A stretch of 62,860 nucleotides of DNA, the filler included, from Octopus bimaculoides (taxonomy: Eukaryota), in NCBI RefSeq assembly GCF_001194135.2. It is 8 parts of 8 records of this genome, joined end to end, with 100 filler letters (N's around TTAATTAATTAA, not from the genome) between each part and the next. Parts side by side here need not be neighbours in the genome. Positions count along the whole stretch, not along the records: positions 24,651 to 33,717 come from NC_069006.1; positions 33,818 to 46,561 come from NC_068983.1; 6 more parts are not named here. The stretch is one strand, 5' to 3'. The position numbers were made by a program, and so were the translations under genes. Below the pieces are notes generated by a model. That model saw only the letters and a program-made list of their open reading frames with translations. It had not been told where the DNA came from and did no database searches. Positions 27,301 through 40,678 of this stretch are shown here, piece after piece. Within the stretch, counting starts at the first letter, position 1, and every line of letters starts with the position of its first letter.

Positions 27301-28681
27301 CCTGTGTCAAATGACGATCGCATACTTTTGCAAAACCGTAGCCAATACTTATTTGCGCAGTGTGTAGTTGATTGGGAGGCGGAGTGCTGTGCATCTTGCA
27401 CGTTTGCCTCTGTGGGACGATGTTTACGTTGAAGTAGCACAGCACACTTTCGCTCGACGACGGCGGTGAGCTGGGGTTGAACTTGTTTCAAGCTAGTCTT
27501 GTATCTTGCACCGTTTCTAAGCAAAGGTTTTCAGTGCAGTACTACCAATGGTGATACCAAAGAGAAACGTGCTATGTCAGGCCAACCGGCAAACAGCGCA
27601 TTGATGTCACCATGACACGACACTCAGAAAAAGCAGAAAAGTAAGTCGGGATACTGCAGGATGCCCCTGCTGCAAACCAACCACGCAGAGGTGCACAGCA
27701 GTGAAGCTAGATGATGTTCTTTTAGTCTTTCACTTGTTTCAATCATTAGACTGCGGTCATGCTGGGGTACCGCCGTGAAAATATTTAATAAAAAACTCAT
27801 CGTAATTCCTGGCACAGATTGAAAGCTCTACTGAGTATTAAGTTACTACTTACTTAACAACTTTACCCACATGTCACCACACAAATNNNNNNNNNNNNNN
27901 NNNNNNNNNNNNNNNNNNNNNNNNNNNNNNNNNNNNNNNNNNNNNNNNNNNNNNNNNNNNNNNNNNNNNNNNNNNNNNNNNNNNNNNNNNNNNNNNNNNN
28001 NNNNNNNNNNNNNNNNNNNNNNNNNNNNNNNNNNNNNNNNNNNNNNNNNNNNNNNNNNNNNNNNNNNNNNNNNNNNNNNNNNNNNNNNNNNNNNNNNNNN
28101 NNNNNNNNNNNNNNNNNNNNNNNNNNNNNNNNATACATACATACATACATACAAAACTTTTTTTTGCTTTTTTTTAAATTTTCGACTCGAGCTCAATGCA
28201 ACAAACTATTCCCAATATTTGTTCGGAAATCCGCAGCAATGGAGTTATGACAGGCTAGTAGCAGGTCATACAATTTTTAATAGTTTGGGCCCGTAGCCGG
28301 TCATACAATTTTTAAAAAGTCAAATCAAGTGATGATATTGTGATATTTGGAAAACATTTAATACGTACGTCTCAAATCTTGAGTAATATAGAATAGGAAA
28401 TTTGCTGAAAAATGAATGCGAGTGGCGAGAATTGTCCGAGTGAACGGGTCCACTCTGAACATGCGCTTGTAGATTGGAGAGGGACATAGGAAGGGAAAAG
28501 CACTGGTTTTAGCGGCCAGAGTGACCGTGATTTTTGTGAGCTTACCCTTGTTTTATGTAATCCCACGCTGTATTGTCCTGTGTTGTTCCCGACCCTTTTG
28601 CTAATTTTTGTGGTTAATAAAAGCTCACCCCTTAATATATAAATATATGAACTATATAATAATATATAATATATTCTTTTT

Positions 28682-29113
28682 TATTCTTCTACTTGTTTCA
28701 GTCATTTGACTGCGGCCATGCTGGAGGAATCGCTTTGAAGAAGTTTTAGTCGAATATACTGATCTCAGAGCCTTTTTTTTTTAATCTGGTACTTACTCTA
28801 TCGATCTCTTTTGCCTAACCACTAAGTTACGGGGGCATAAACACATCAGCACCGGTTGTGAAACGGTGGGAGGGGGGACAAACACAAAGATTCACACATA
28901 CACATAAACAAACACACACACACACACACATACATATATATTATATACACAACGGGCTTCTTTTCAGCTTCCGCCTACCAAACCCAGTCACAAGGTTTTG
29001 GACGGCTCGAGGTTATAGCAGAAGACACTTGCTGAAGGTGCCACGCAGTGGGACTGATCCCCGAACAATGTGGTTGGGAAGCAAACTTCTTACCACACAG
29101 CCACGCCTGCGCC
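28682..29113 (-). mobile_element. Near full-length SINE family A
   Basis: Reverse complement head GGCGCAGGCGTGGCTGTGTGGTAAGAAGTTTGCTTCCCAACCACATTGTTCGGGGATCAGTCCCACTGCGTGGCACCTT, internal (TG)n and tail ...GCATGGCCGCAGTCAAATGACTGAAACAAGTAG. Confidence 0.9.
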
Positions 29114-29729
29114 TATATTCTATACACTACATTCTATCTACAATATATAATTCAGTGTATATAACATGTAATGTACTGTGTATAATATATAATATACTTA
29201 ACACGGCCTACACTGTCCTATCTATCGTATAAATCTACTCTGAGAATTGTTTATTCCTGCCATCCCTCATCCAAATACACAGACGTTTTACCACTTTTCA
29301 AGAAGGCTGGAATATTTTCTATTAGACACCCCACCTCTCACCTCAACTACCACTACCACAACCTCCTACAACCACCACCACCACCACATCATCATCTTCA
29401 TCATCTTCATGACTTGATTCTTTGATATGGTTTACTTTCCCAGCCCAAACTTCATTTTCATTCCAACGCTCAACTACCTTCATAAATACTTAAACGCAGT
29501 CGTTATGTATATATTGGTGTGTGTGTGTGTGTGTGTGTGTGAGTGTGCGTACATAATATGTGTGTATGTGTACATAATATATGTGCGTGCGTGCACATAA
29601 TGTGTGCGTGTGTACATAATATATATATATATGCGTGTGTGTATATATATTCATATATACATATATATATGTGCGTGTGTACATTACATGTATACGTATA
29701 TAAACGTGTGTGTGTGTGTGTGCGTACAT

Positions 29730-29766
<37 letters not shown>

Positions 29767-31949
29767 ATATAAATAGACACATGCACACAACTACAGATAA
29801 ACACAAACATGCTGTCTCTCTCTCTCACACACAAACACACACAAGCATACACACATACACACACACACACAGCACATATTAACACCGCTTTAAACATCGT
29901 AAAAGCTCCTCCATATCAGAACCCCCAAAGATAGACATTTCTCTCTCTCTCTCTCTCTCTCTGACTGACTGTCTTTATCTATTTCTCTGTCCGTCTACCC
30001 CCACTCTCTCTCTCTCTTTACTTACCGCTCCCACTCACTCACTCTCTCTTTGTAACTCTTTACTATACCACCTCTTCCTCTTACTCTTTAACATATTTCT
30101 ATCTCNNNNNNNNNNNNNNNNNNNNNNNNNNNNNNNNNNNNNNNNNNNNNNNNNNNNNNNNNNNNNNNNNNNNNNNNNNNNNNNNNNNNNNNNNNNNNNN
30201 NNNNNNNNNNNNNNNNNNNNNNNNNNNNNNNNNNNNNNNNNNNNNNNNNNNNNNNNNNNNNNNNNNNNNNNNNNNNNNNNNNNNNNNNNNNNNNNNNNNN
30301 NNNNNNNNNNNNNNNNNNNNNNNNNNNNNNNNNNNNNNNNNNNNNNNNNNNNNNNNNNNNNNNNNNNNNNNNNNNNNNNNNNNNNNNNNNNNNNNNNNNN
30401 NNNNNNNNNNNNNNNNNNNNNNNNNNNNNNNNNNNNNNNNNNNNNNNNNNNNNNNNNNNNNNNNNNNNNNNNNNNNNNNNNNNNNNNNNNNNNNNNNNNN
30501 NNNNNNNNNNNNNNNNNNNNNNNNNNNNNNNNNNNNNNNNNNNNNNNNNNNNNNNNNNNNNNNNNNNNNNNNNNNNNNNNNNNNNNNNNNNNNNNNNNNN
30601 NNNNNNNNNNNNNNNNNNNNNNNNNNNNNNNNNNNNNNNNNNNNNNNNNNNNNNNNNNNNNNNNNNNNNNNNNNNNNNNNNNNNNNNNNNNNNNNNNNNN
30701 NNNNNNNNNNNNNNNNNNNNNNNNNNNNNNNNNNNNNNNNNNNNNNNNNNNNNNNNNNNNNNNNNNNNNNNNNNNNNNNNNNNNNNNNNNNNNNNNNNNN
30801 NNNNNNNNNNNNNNNNNNNNNNNNNNNNNNNNNNNNNNNNNNNNNNNNNNNNNNNNNNNNNNNNNNNNNNNNNNNNNNNNNNNNNNNNNNNNNNNNNNNN
30901 NNNNNNNNNNNNNNNNNNNNNNNNNNNNNNNNNNNNNNNNNNNNNNNNNNNNNNNNNNNNNNNNNNNNNNNNNNNNNNNNNNNNNNNNNNNNNNNNNNNN
31001 NNNNNNNNNNNNNNNNNNNNNNNNNNNNNNNNNNNNNNNNNNNNNNNNNNNNNNNNNNNNNNNNNNNNNNNNNNNAGAGAGAGAGAGATTGATATAAATA
31101 GACACATGCACACAACTACAGATAAACACAAACATGCTGTCTCTCTCTCTCACACACAAACACACACAAGCATACACACATACACAGATCAACTATTCTC
31201 CCACCCGCCGCGCCCTAGCCATTCTTTGATATATACTTCACTTCGTTGCACCCCCCTACGCACTCCACCGCCACTCTCCTTCACCCACCACATACGTACG
31301 TACGTACCACAACCACCACCGTCACCACCTATTTACTTCTTCAAGAACCCTGACTTATCTTCTCCCTTGAAACAAACATACTCTCACACACACAAGCGTA
31401 TACAAACACATACAACCTCGCACGCATTGATAACATGCACCGTTATTACACCAGCACATACTTTCATACCCCCACCCCCACTTTACATATGCATATACCT
31501 TCCCAAATAAAAGCACGCACATACACAGACACGAACAGAAAACACACATTCACTTCCACTCATACACATATGAACACACACATACCAACACATACGCACA
31601 CATATTCTTGAATTCAAACTTGCGTATACACATACAAGCATATACATACGTTGGTTTTATTATATGTTGAGAAACTCATACACAGAAATAAACGCATGGA
31701 TACGCACACACACGTAAACACAAAAACATACGCGTACACATACAAGCATAAATGTATACAGACATTTCTAATTTATATACAGATAGAACTACATATACGC
31801 AGAAGTATTCGGATGTACAGTATATAATACTTTAACTAATACATAGGCGTATATAAACATACAGAAACAAATACACACACATACAGAGGCGCACACAAAT
31901 ATATATACATACACGCAAACATACAAATTCACACACACACACACACACA

Positions 31950-32035
31950 CACACCTCTCTCGCAGAAATTCGTATACACACACACCTCTCTCGTAAAAAC
32001 TCGTATACATACACACCTCTCTCGTAGAAACTCGT

Positions 32036-32043
<8 letters not shown>
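31950..32043. repeat. 31-bp minisatellite, 3 copies (plus a partial at about 32180)
   Basis: CACACCTCTCTCG(C/T)A(G/A)AAA(T/C)TCGTATACA(C/T)A repeated three times. Confidence 0.85.
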
Positions 32044-32112
<69 letters not shown>

Positions 32113-32249
32113 TGCACCGTCTTTCTCTCACATAAACATATATATATATACATACATAAACAAACATACTTACATACATACGCCTCACAGAAACTCGTAT
32201 TACACATACATACACACACTCGCACATACATACATGCACACACACACAA

Positions 32250-32283
<34 letters not shown>

Positions 32284-32588
32284 CACACACACACAAACGC
32301 GAGTTTAGACACATATACACACCCGTCCATCCATCAATACATACACAGACACACACACACACACAGAGACTTGTANNNNNNNNNNNNNNNNNNNNNNNNN
32401 NNNNNNNNNNNNNNNNNNNNNNNNNNNNNNNNNNNNNNNNNNNNNNNNNNNNNNNNNNNNNNNNNNNNNNNNNNNNNNNNNNNNNNNNNNNNNNNNNNNN
32501 NNNNNNNNNNNNNNNNNNNNNNNNNNNNNNNNNNNNNNNNNNNNNNNNNNNNNNNNNNNNNNNNNNNNNNNNNNNNNNNNNNNNNNNN

Positions 32589-32620
<32 letters not shown>

Positions 32621-33817
32621 TCAGACACATATATAACAAATATATATATATATATATAACAGATTATATATATGTGTGTGTGTGTGTGTGTGTAATGTAT
32701 GTATGTATATATCGTTTCTCTATTGTGTAGAAATATATTATAAACGGTTCGGTGACTTACAGAAAGACGGCGAAGGAACACATCCTAAACATGTAATTTA
32801 CATGGACACGCTCATCCTTCATCAGTTATCGAACAAAAACCATTACAATTTTGCGCCACACACAATATCTATATATATAGATATTATATGCATGTTATTG
32901 CTATGTTAGGTTTATCTACACAAAGACATGTGTTGTGTATCTGCGTGCGTTCACGGGGACGTCTATATCACAAGAGTGCGTGCATCTCTGAGTGAATGTG
33001 TGTGTGTGTGTGCGGGGGCTGGGGTATCAGTGCCGCACTGCTGGTCACATGAAGTCCCACACGTTCGCAGTGGTCACAGTAATTGTCGGTAGGGGGACGA
33101 CAAAAGATAGCAGTTAAAAGAGAAGAACAGAAACATGTAAATTGTCGTTGGTTAAGTTTTTCCTTCTCCCACCATCTCTCTGTCACTCTCAGCATATATA
33201 TATATATAAAATATATATATATATGAAATATATATGTGTACATATATATAATATACACATATGTGCATGAAAATACAAAATTATACACATACATATGTAT
33301 ACATATAAATAACACACACACACATTTGTGTGTGTATATATATATATATATCTATGTATGTGTATACAAAGAGAGAGAATGAGAGAGAAAGTGAAAGCGA
33401 GACAGACAGACAAACAGATGGAAAAACGGTTAAACAGGCAAAAAGCCTGGCTAGGTTTATCGGTTTATGTTTTATAGTTCTCAGCAGGAGTTTGTTTAAA
33501 GAATGTAGCAACAGTAGAAGTACCAACAGCTGGTGGTCATCAGAAACTTAAATACAAACTGGCTTTAGTTAAAAAATATGGTTAAATCATTTGAAAAAAA
33601 GTTCGTCGGTAGTTAATAGTAATAATTATTTCTTCTCAAAGCACAAGGCCTTGAAGATTTTGGGGAAATGGGCTGGGTGATTACATCGACCCAATGCGTA
33701 AATGGTACTTATTTAATNNNNNNNNNNNNNNNNNNNNNNNNNNNNNNNNNNNNNNNNNNNNTTAATTAATTAANNNNNNNNNNNNNNNNNNNNNNNNNNN
33801 NNNNNNNNNNNNNNNNN

Positions 33818-34138
33818 GCAGGCGGAGACGATGGGGCGGCCAGGGTTGTTTGGTTTATGGATCTTGGGGAGGAAGTAAATGGTGGGGGTGCGTGGGGTGC
33901 GAACAATAAGGTTGGAGGCGGTGGCGGGGAGACGGGAGGAGAGGATGAGGTCATGGATAGTGGAGGACACAGTCTGTTGGTAGCTGGGCGTGGGGTCGGA
34001 GGGCAGAGGGCGGTAGAATGAGGTATCTCGAAGTTGACGGAGAGCTTCGGCCTCGTAGAGGTCCGCGCGCCATACTACCACGGCTCCACCCTTATCAGCC
34101 GGTTTTATGATGATGTCCGTGCGGAGATGTTGTGACAC
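33818..34138 (-). mobile_element. Penelope-like element reverse transcriptase N-terminal fragment
   Basis: DIIIKPADKGGAVVVW...YEAEALRQL.D..FY..L..DPT...PTIYFLPKIHKPNNPGRPIVSAC: hallmark PLE motifs, open until the gap. Confidence 0.95.
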
Positions 34139-34815
34139 GTGACTAGATCTGTTGTATCTTATGAGCTGGCTGCCATTGAACTAGGAAAGCAGACAAGTGA
34201 TTGGTGAACTGTGAATGACAAGAGTTTGTTTCGGCCTAGATTTGAGCGGAAGACCAAAGACCAAAGAAGAAAACATCAATATAAATGAAATCGCAGCTAC
34301 ATGGAATAGTTATTGTTGTGTGCGGTTTGTTGGCTGCATGGAAGACGATGGGCAGATGTGATCTTAAATATATATGCTGGACATACACTGATGTCATCGA
34401 TAATAATTGGAATTGCTGCAGAAACCGATACTGCTAATTAGTGGCAGAATGTAGGGATTGTAGGGATTATCCTGCACATTGTATGTAACATATAACACAC
34501 ACACACCACACATACATACACAGACTCACAGCCATATACACATGCAAACATACATACACACACACATGCACAAGCAAACATATACACACACATCTACATA
34601 CACACATGTATGAGCCGTAGTGTAAATGTTTGTCTCGAGACTTGATCTGTGATGTGTGTTGGGATGGAAGCATTTCAATCGCATAAAATCAGTTTAGCGA
34701 TTTAAGAATAAAACTTTTCCCATTATTCCTTAATAATACTCTCTATTAAGAAGTGTTAAAATGCTTTGTAGTATTTCTCTCTTTGTCTCTCTCTTGCTTT
34801 CTTTCTCTCTCTCTT

Positions 34816-34852
<37 letters not shown>

Positions 34853-34866
34853 GTTTCTCTGCTCTC

Positions 34867-34901
<35 letters not shown>

Positions 34902-35735
34902 ATATAATAGACCTATGTATATAATTCTGAATTTATAAAAAACCCACGCGACTTCCATGAACTTCTACGTCTCAGTCAGCTGTTATAACAAAAAATACAA
35001 ACGCACACACATCAATCCGCCGCCACCACAAGAATAACATCACCACCACCACCACCACCACCACCACTGCCGCCACACATCATTCAAACAAGGCAACACC
35101 CTTAGACACGTGTCTCTCTCTCTCAAACCCCACCCTGGGCCCCCGTCCTATCTAATTCCTTCTATTTTAGATTTAATCTTCCTTTTTTTTCTTTCAACTT
35201 CCGACAGTTGCACCTTCGTCTTTTTATCATCTGCACGCCCCGTTGTACCCTCCACCCTGGATCCCTGCTACGTCATTCCCCTACCTAGACCCCACCCATG
35301 TCTAACCCAAACCGACATTTAACGATGCCAGTTGAAGAGGAAGGAGTGAATTTTCGCCTCAATACCTTTGGCAGCGCCTGGAGTTCACACAGGCTTAGGC
35401 ATTAGCACGCGCGTGTGCATGTGTGTATATGTGTATATGTGTATGTAGGCTTGAATTTATGTGTATATATGTATGTTGTGTGTGTGTGTGTGTATGTGTG
35501 TGTGTATGTGTGTGTGTGTATGTGTGTGTGTATATTATGGCTAACCCCATAAACCGGTCTACACCAGGAAAAAAATATATATAAGATTTACAAATGTAAG
35601 ATTCAGGGATCGAGGTGTAGAGAGAAAGTTAGCTTCAAGCAATCCGTCGTAAATACACAAAAACAATTTTTAGGGACAGTAGTGGTTTGTTGAGACGGAA
35701 GGTTGTCGATTTGAGCTACTCCATACCATAACCCT

Positions 35736-35790
<55 letters not shown>

Positions 35791-35829
35791 TATCATATCA
35801 TATCATATTATATAGAACTTAGATGGCTT

Positions 35830-36300
35830 AGATTGATTTCGGTCATTATCGGCCCAGACCATGATTAACTCAGTATCACCATCTGGAAAAGTCTTTTAGT
35901 TAATTATTTCGAGACACCATGGACCACTCAAGCAGGCAATTGATGTTGGTTGAGACGTATCCAGCTGTATGTGGTTTATCCGGTATTTCCTGGAGGAATT
36001 TGTCCAGGTACCGTTTGAAAGTTGTGAGGTCCTTTTCTACTTTAATTTCTTTCGTGACAACATTGAAAAGTTCAGGACCATTTGCATTGAAGAAATTGTG
36101 TCGCAATGTTCTTATGTGATGTGATCTCGACTTTTGTAGGGGACGCATTGCACGGGGGCCTAATTTTATGTGATTTGTAAACATAATACCTATATCGTTT
36201 GGATAATATTGGTGGAATATTTTCCACATGGTATAAATAATGTATCATTCACGGCGGATTTGCAGAGAATAGAGTTTCAGTTGTTTGAGTCGAGACCAAT
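35830..36300 (-). mobile_element. CR1-clade LINE 3' end
   Basis: YWSRLKQLKLYSLQIRRE*YIIYTMWKIF...TLRHNFFNANGPELFNVVTKEIK...FKRYLDKFLQEIPDKP...N..LLEW. Confidence 0.9.
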
Positions 36301-36449
36301 AATAAAGTCCACTCACGTCATTTATTTTTTTTAGTGATTGATCTTTGTGGCGCTTCGATCTTCATTATGTCTTGCTTTTTGTATATATATACTCACATAT
36401 ATTTTACGCTTTTACTTATTTCATTTATTAAAAGGAGTAAAATATGTGT

Positions 36450-36481
<32 letters not shown>

Positions 36482-36584
36482 NNNNNNNNNNATATACATA
36501 CATACAAGAGTTACGGAATGGAGGAGATAAAATCGACAGCCTTCTGTCTCAATAAACCACTACTATCCCTGAAAGTTGTTTTAT

Positions 36585-36860
36585 GTTTAATAACACGGGG
36601 TCCAAGACTTGGGTATATCTTAAAAGCGATGCCAACATCATTTGGGCAATGCTGATGGAATATTTTCCATATCAGGCAGATGATGTAGCGCTCACGGCGG
36701 CGTTGGAGGGAATAAAGCTTGAGCTTTTCTAGTCGACCCCATCAGTAAAGGCCTGTCATGCTATCTACCTATTTTGTAATTGACCTTTGAGGTCCTTCAA
36801 TTTTCATGATACTTTGTTTCGTGCGGGGATACCACAGTGGACAACAGTATTGAAGGTGGG
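36585..36860 (-). mobile_element. CR1-clade LINE fragment, second copy of the same family
   Basis: CPLWYPRTKQSIMKIEGPQRSITK*VDSMTGLY*WGRLEKLKLYSLQRRRERYIICLIWKIFHQHCPNDVGI. Confidence 0.9.
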
Positions 36861-36976
36861 GTCAGGCAAAGGTAGACAAGACATATATAAATATATATAT
36901 TATATATTTTTGCCAGTTGGTGCTATTTAGACGTGGCTTGGGCCAACTACTGGCCGAAACTTATCAAAGTATAAAG

Positions 36977-37032
<56 letters not shown>
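36977..37032. repeat. (TATC)n microsatellite
   Basis: Direct reading. Confidence 0.97.
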
Positions 37033-37033
<1 letters not shown>

Positions 37034-38449
37034 GTGTGTGTGTGTATGTGCGTGTGTGTGTATGTATGTGTGTGTGTGTGGTATATACAGTTTAAATAGA
37101 CAAATAAAAGGATAGCCGGATGGATAGACAGAAGTATTAGACAGACGTAAGTCTTACAATTTGTCAAAGTGGGATGCCTTTACACGCATGCATACATCTA
37201 GTTACGCTCGCATACATACACGCACACGCACGTACACTGACGCAAACCCCTACACAGACACACTCGCACACATATACACATTTGCACACAGATACACACT
37301 CGTATACAGATACACACTCACACACACACGAAGCCAAAAATATACCAAATGTGATTTCAAACTTACCAGAAAAGGAATGGGTTGTCAGAATGTCTTGTAG
37401 GGTTGGAATAGAAGCTGTAAATATACATACATATATATATGTACATATATATATATATATATANNNNNNNNNNNNNNNNNNNNNNNNNNNNNNNNNNNNN
37501 NNNNNNNNNNNNNNNNNNNNNNNNNNNNNNNNNNNNNNNNNNNNNNNNNNNNNNNNNNNNNNNNNNNNNNNNNNNNNNNNNNNNNNNNNNNNNNNNNNNN
37601 NNNNNNNNNNNNNNNNNNNNNNNNNNNNNNNNNNNNNNNNNNNNNNNNNNNNNNNNNNNNNNNNNNNNNNNNNNNNNNNNNNNNNNNNNNNNNNNNNNNN
37701 NNNNNNNNNNNNNNNNNNNNNNNNNNNNNNNNNNNNNNNNNNNNNNNNNNNNNNNNNNNNNNNNNNNNNNNNNNNNNNNNNNNNNNNNNNNNNNNNNNNN
37801 NNNNNNNNNNNNNNNNNNNNNNNNNNNNNNNNNNNNNNNNNNNNNNNNNNNNNNNNNNNNNNNNNNNNNNNNNNNNNNNNNNNNNNNNNNNNNNNNNNNN
37901 NNNNNNNNNNNNNNNNNNNNNNNNNNNNNNNNNNNNNNNNNNNNNNNNNNNNNNNNNNNNNNNNNNNNNNNNNNNNNNNNNNNNNNNNNNNNNNNNNNNN
38001 NNNNNNNNNNNNNNNNNNNNNNNNNNNNNNNNNNNNNNNNNNNNNNNNNNNNNNNNNNNNNNNNNNNNNNNNNNNNNNNNNNNNNNNNNNNNNNNNNNNN
38101 NNNNNNNNNNNNNNNNNNNNNNNNNNNNNNNNNNNNNNNNNNNNNNNNNNNNNNNNNNNNNNNNNNNNNNNNNNNNNNNNNNNNNNNNNNNNNNNNNNNN
38201 NNNNNNNNNNNNNNNNNNNNNNNNNNNNNNNNNNNNNNNNNNNNNNNNNNNNNNNNNNNNNNNNNNNNNNNNNNNNNNNNNNNNNNNNNNNNNNNNNNNN
38301 NNNNNNNNNNNNNNNNNNNNNNNNNNNNNNNNNNNNNNNNNNNNNNNNNNNNNNNNNNNNNNNNNNNNNNNNNNNNNNNNNNNNNNNNNNNNNNNNNNNN
38401 NNNNNNNNNNNNNNNNNNNNNNNNNNNNNNNNNNNNNNNNNNNNNNNNN

Positions 38450-38484
<35 letters not shown>

Positions 38485-38904
38485 CATTATTATCCATATA
38501 TGCATATATGTACGTATACATACATTCATGCTTACGTACATAAATAGATACATATATGCATACATATATACTCATACATACTTACATGCATATACGAGCA
38601 GGCATGCGTATATCCATTGATATGTACATAGTGGAACTCGTGACCGAGTGAGACCGTGAAAAATTTCCGAGAGTCCTAGAAATTCCTGTGCATGAATTCA
38701 TTTTGAGTGGATAAAACGTTGCAGTGCACTGAAGAACCGACATTCCAGCTCCAAAACCAGTGGCCCAACCGATGGTGAGACAACCAGAAATTAAATGCAC
38801 TTCAAGTTTACTTCTTCCTAAAAAGAAGTTCTAAAGGGAATTAGATGTCCTTCATTCCTATGCTTCGCATGCTAGAAAACTTAAAAGCTGGGACTCTAAC
38901 TGGT

Positions 38905-38905
38905 G

Positions 38906-38972
<67 letters not shown>
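38905..38972. repeat. (TAC)n microsatellite
   Basis: Direct reading. Confidence 0.97.
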
Positions 38973-38973
<1 letters not shown>

Positions 38974-39139
38974 GCTGCTGCGGCTTAGAGTGGAACTGGG
39001 AACCATAAGAGGTGATTCCACACTCCTCAAAACTCTGGAACTCCCGTACCAGCTCTCCAGTATCGAATGCAGTTTAAAGCCGTATCCAGGAAGTACATAC
39101 ATATAATCAATAAATCAATCAGCTAAAATATTGTCAGCT

Positions 39140-39810
39140 GCAACGCATGCGCATAACGTTACTGGAATCAAACGAACTTTATCTCGAAAACTGCATGAAG
39201 ACTGTCGTTGATAGTCAAAGAACTGCAGAAGAAAAGTGGGCCATTGAGAAAATAATAACCAATCGCAAAGTGTTCTTTGCATCCGACGAAAAGCATAAGG
39301 TCGCTTTATCATTTGTTGGGCCTCTGATACATGAAGATGGCACTCTACACAGTGGTGCATCAGACAGGTTTGAGATTCTACAGAAACAACACTGCTCCAC
39401 TTTCAGCAATTCCAATATGGTTAATCCTGACAACATCGGTGAAGCTAATTCCTCCAAGTACACCCTATCCATTTGACTCCTCGGATATCGTGGCAGCTAT
39501 CAACAAAATTACAAACAACGCAGCTGCATGAACCGACTGGTTTCTCGCCAGAATCCTGAAGGAGCGCCGCCACTATTTCGCATTCCCTTTAGCTATTCTA
39601 TGGAGGAACTCACTGGACGCTGGTCATATTCCTGAACATTTTTTATCCCTGTTGATTATCCCAGTTTACAAAAAGAGCAACAAATCGTTGACAGTGGATT
39701 ACCGACCGAACTCATGAATCTCTCATATCGTCAAATTATTTGAGAGTGTGGTGAGATCTCGACTAACTTACATCTTGGAACGTAACAATCCCAATCAGCA
39801 TGGTTCCGCA
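39140..39810 (+). mobile_element. CR1-clade LINE ORF2 fragment (tether region and start of RT)
   Basis: EEKWAIEKIITNRKVFF...VGPLIHEDGTL...EILQKQHCSTFS...DIVAAINKI..NAAA*TD...LAILWRNSLDAGHIPE...IIPVYKK...DYRP...SHIVKLFESVVR...NQHG. Confidence 0.9.
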
Positions 39811-39949
39811 GTATTTCGTATTTCATATTGTTTTCGTATTTCATGTTGTTTACGCTTTCTGACGTCCTGTACCCATATATGCATATGTAAATATGTACAT
39901 ATATAGGCATATATATTATTTATATTATATTATATGTATATATACATAC

Positions 39950-39984
<35 letters not shown>

Positions 39985-40253
39985 TATATAAATTAGTGTA
40001 CATTTAAACATTTTTGACGGTTCATTCTAGTATGTAAGGCTGCCTGTTAAGACTCGCCTCTTTGTGTTTAAATGTACACTAATTTTCATATGAAAAATAT
40101 GTCTATTGACTTTGTACACATGCTAGGCCACTGGTAGAAAAATTTCTATAATTTTTCCGACCTATATTAATTTTAAGATATATACATAAGATAAACTTAC
40201 TTGGAATTGAATGCGTGGCGTTCAATCGTATGATAATATAAATAATATATATA

Positions 40254-40678
40254 TATAAACATAATTAAGGGATCAGCAACAGTTGCTTCACCACATACCG
40301 AACTTCAGAAATGGCAGCTAAAGTGCTAAAACTCCAACAGATAGTCCACAATGGACTGACTGGCCTATGTAAGTTCGGAGGTGCTGGTAATATTATGTTG
40401 ATGCATGATGTCGTTTGGTCGAGCATGCATAATTGCCTACATCTTCAAACCTGCAAACTAGAATATCATACTGATGACGGAAATGAAGGTTTTTACCATT
40501 CTGATCCAGAAACGCGTCTATGATTAACTAAGACTGGTTAGTTTCGCTGTTTTTTCTTCTTGTTTTGCCTTTGCGAGTTACAAGTACTGCCATGTTGGAG
40601 TTTTAGCACTTTAGCTGCTATTACTGAACTTCGGTATGTGGTGAAGCAACTGTTGCTGATCCCTTAATTATGTTTATA
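40254..40678. mobile_element. 425-bp fold-back element with 86-bp inverted arms (40254-40339 / 40593-40678), probably Penelope-derived and non-autonomous
   Basis: The left arm matches the reverse complement of the right arm at 83/86 positions. The non-coding interior contains a hammerhead motif. Confidence 0.85.
40465..40524 (+). ncRNA. Type I hammerhead ribozyme motif (minimal, palindromic helix III)
   Basis: ATCATA-CTGATGA-C.GGA...TCC.A-GAAA-C GC G-TC-TATGAT. Helix I ATCATA/TATGAT is a perfect 6 bp, with core CUGAUGA and GAAA, helix III palindrome ACGCGT and a GUC cleavage triplet (after C40518). The first helix II pair is a C.A mismatch. Confidence 0.75.

Noticed and set aside
32968-33321. 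Cys/His-containing ORF (YCDHCERVGLH)
   Set aside because: Mostly TA/CA microsatellite translation. The short unique part has no complete zinc-finger spacing or splice support.
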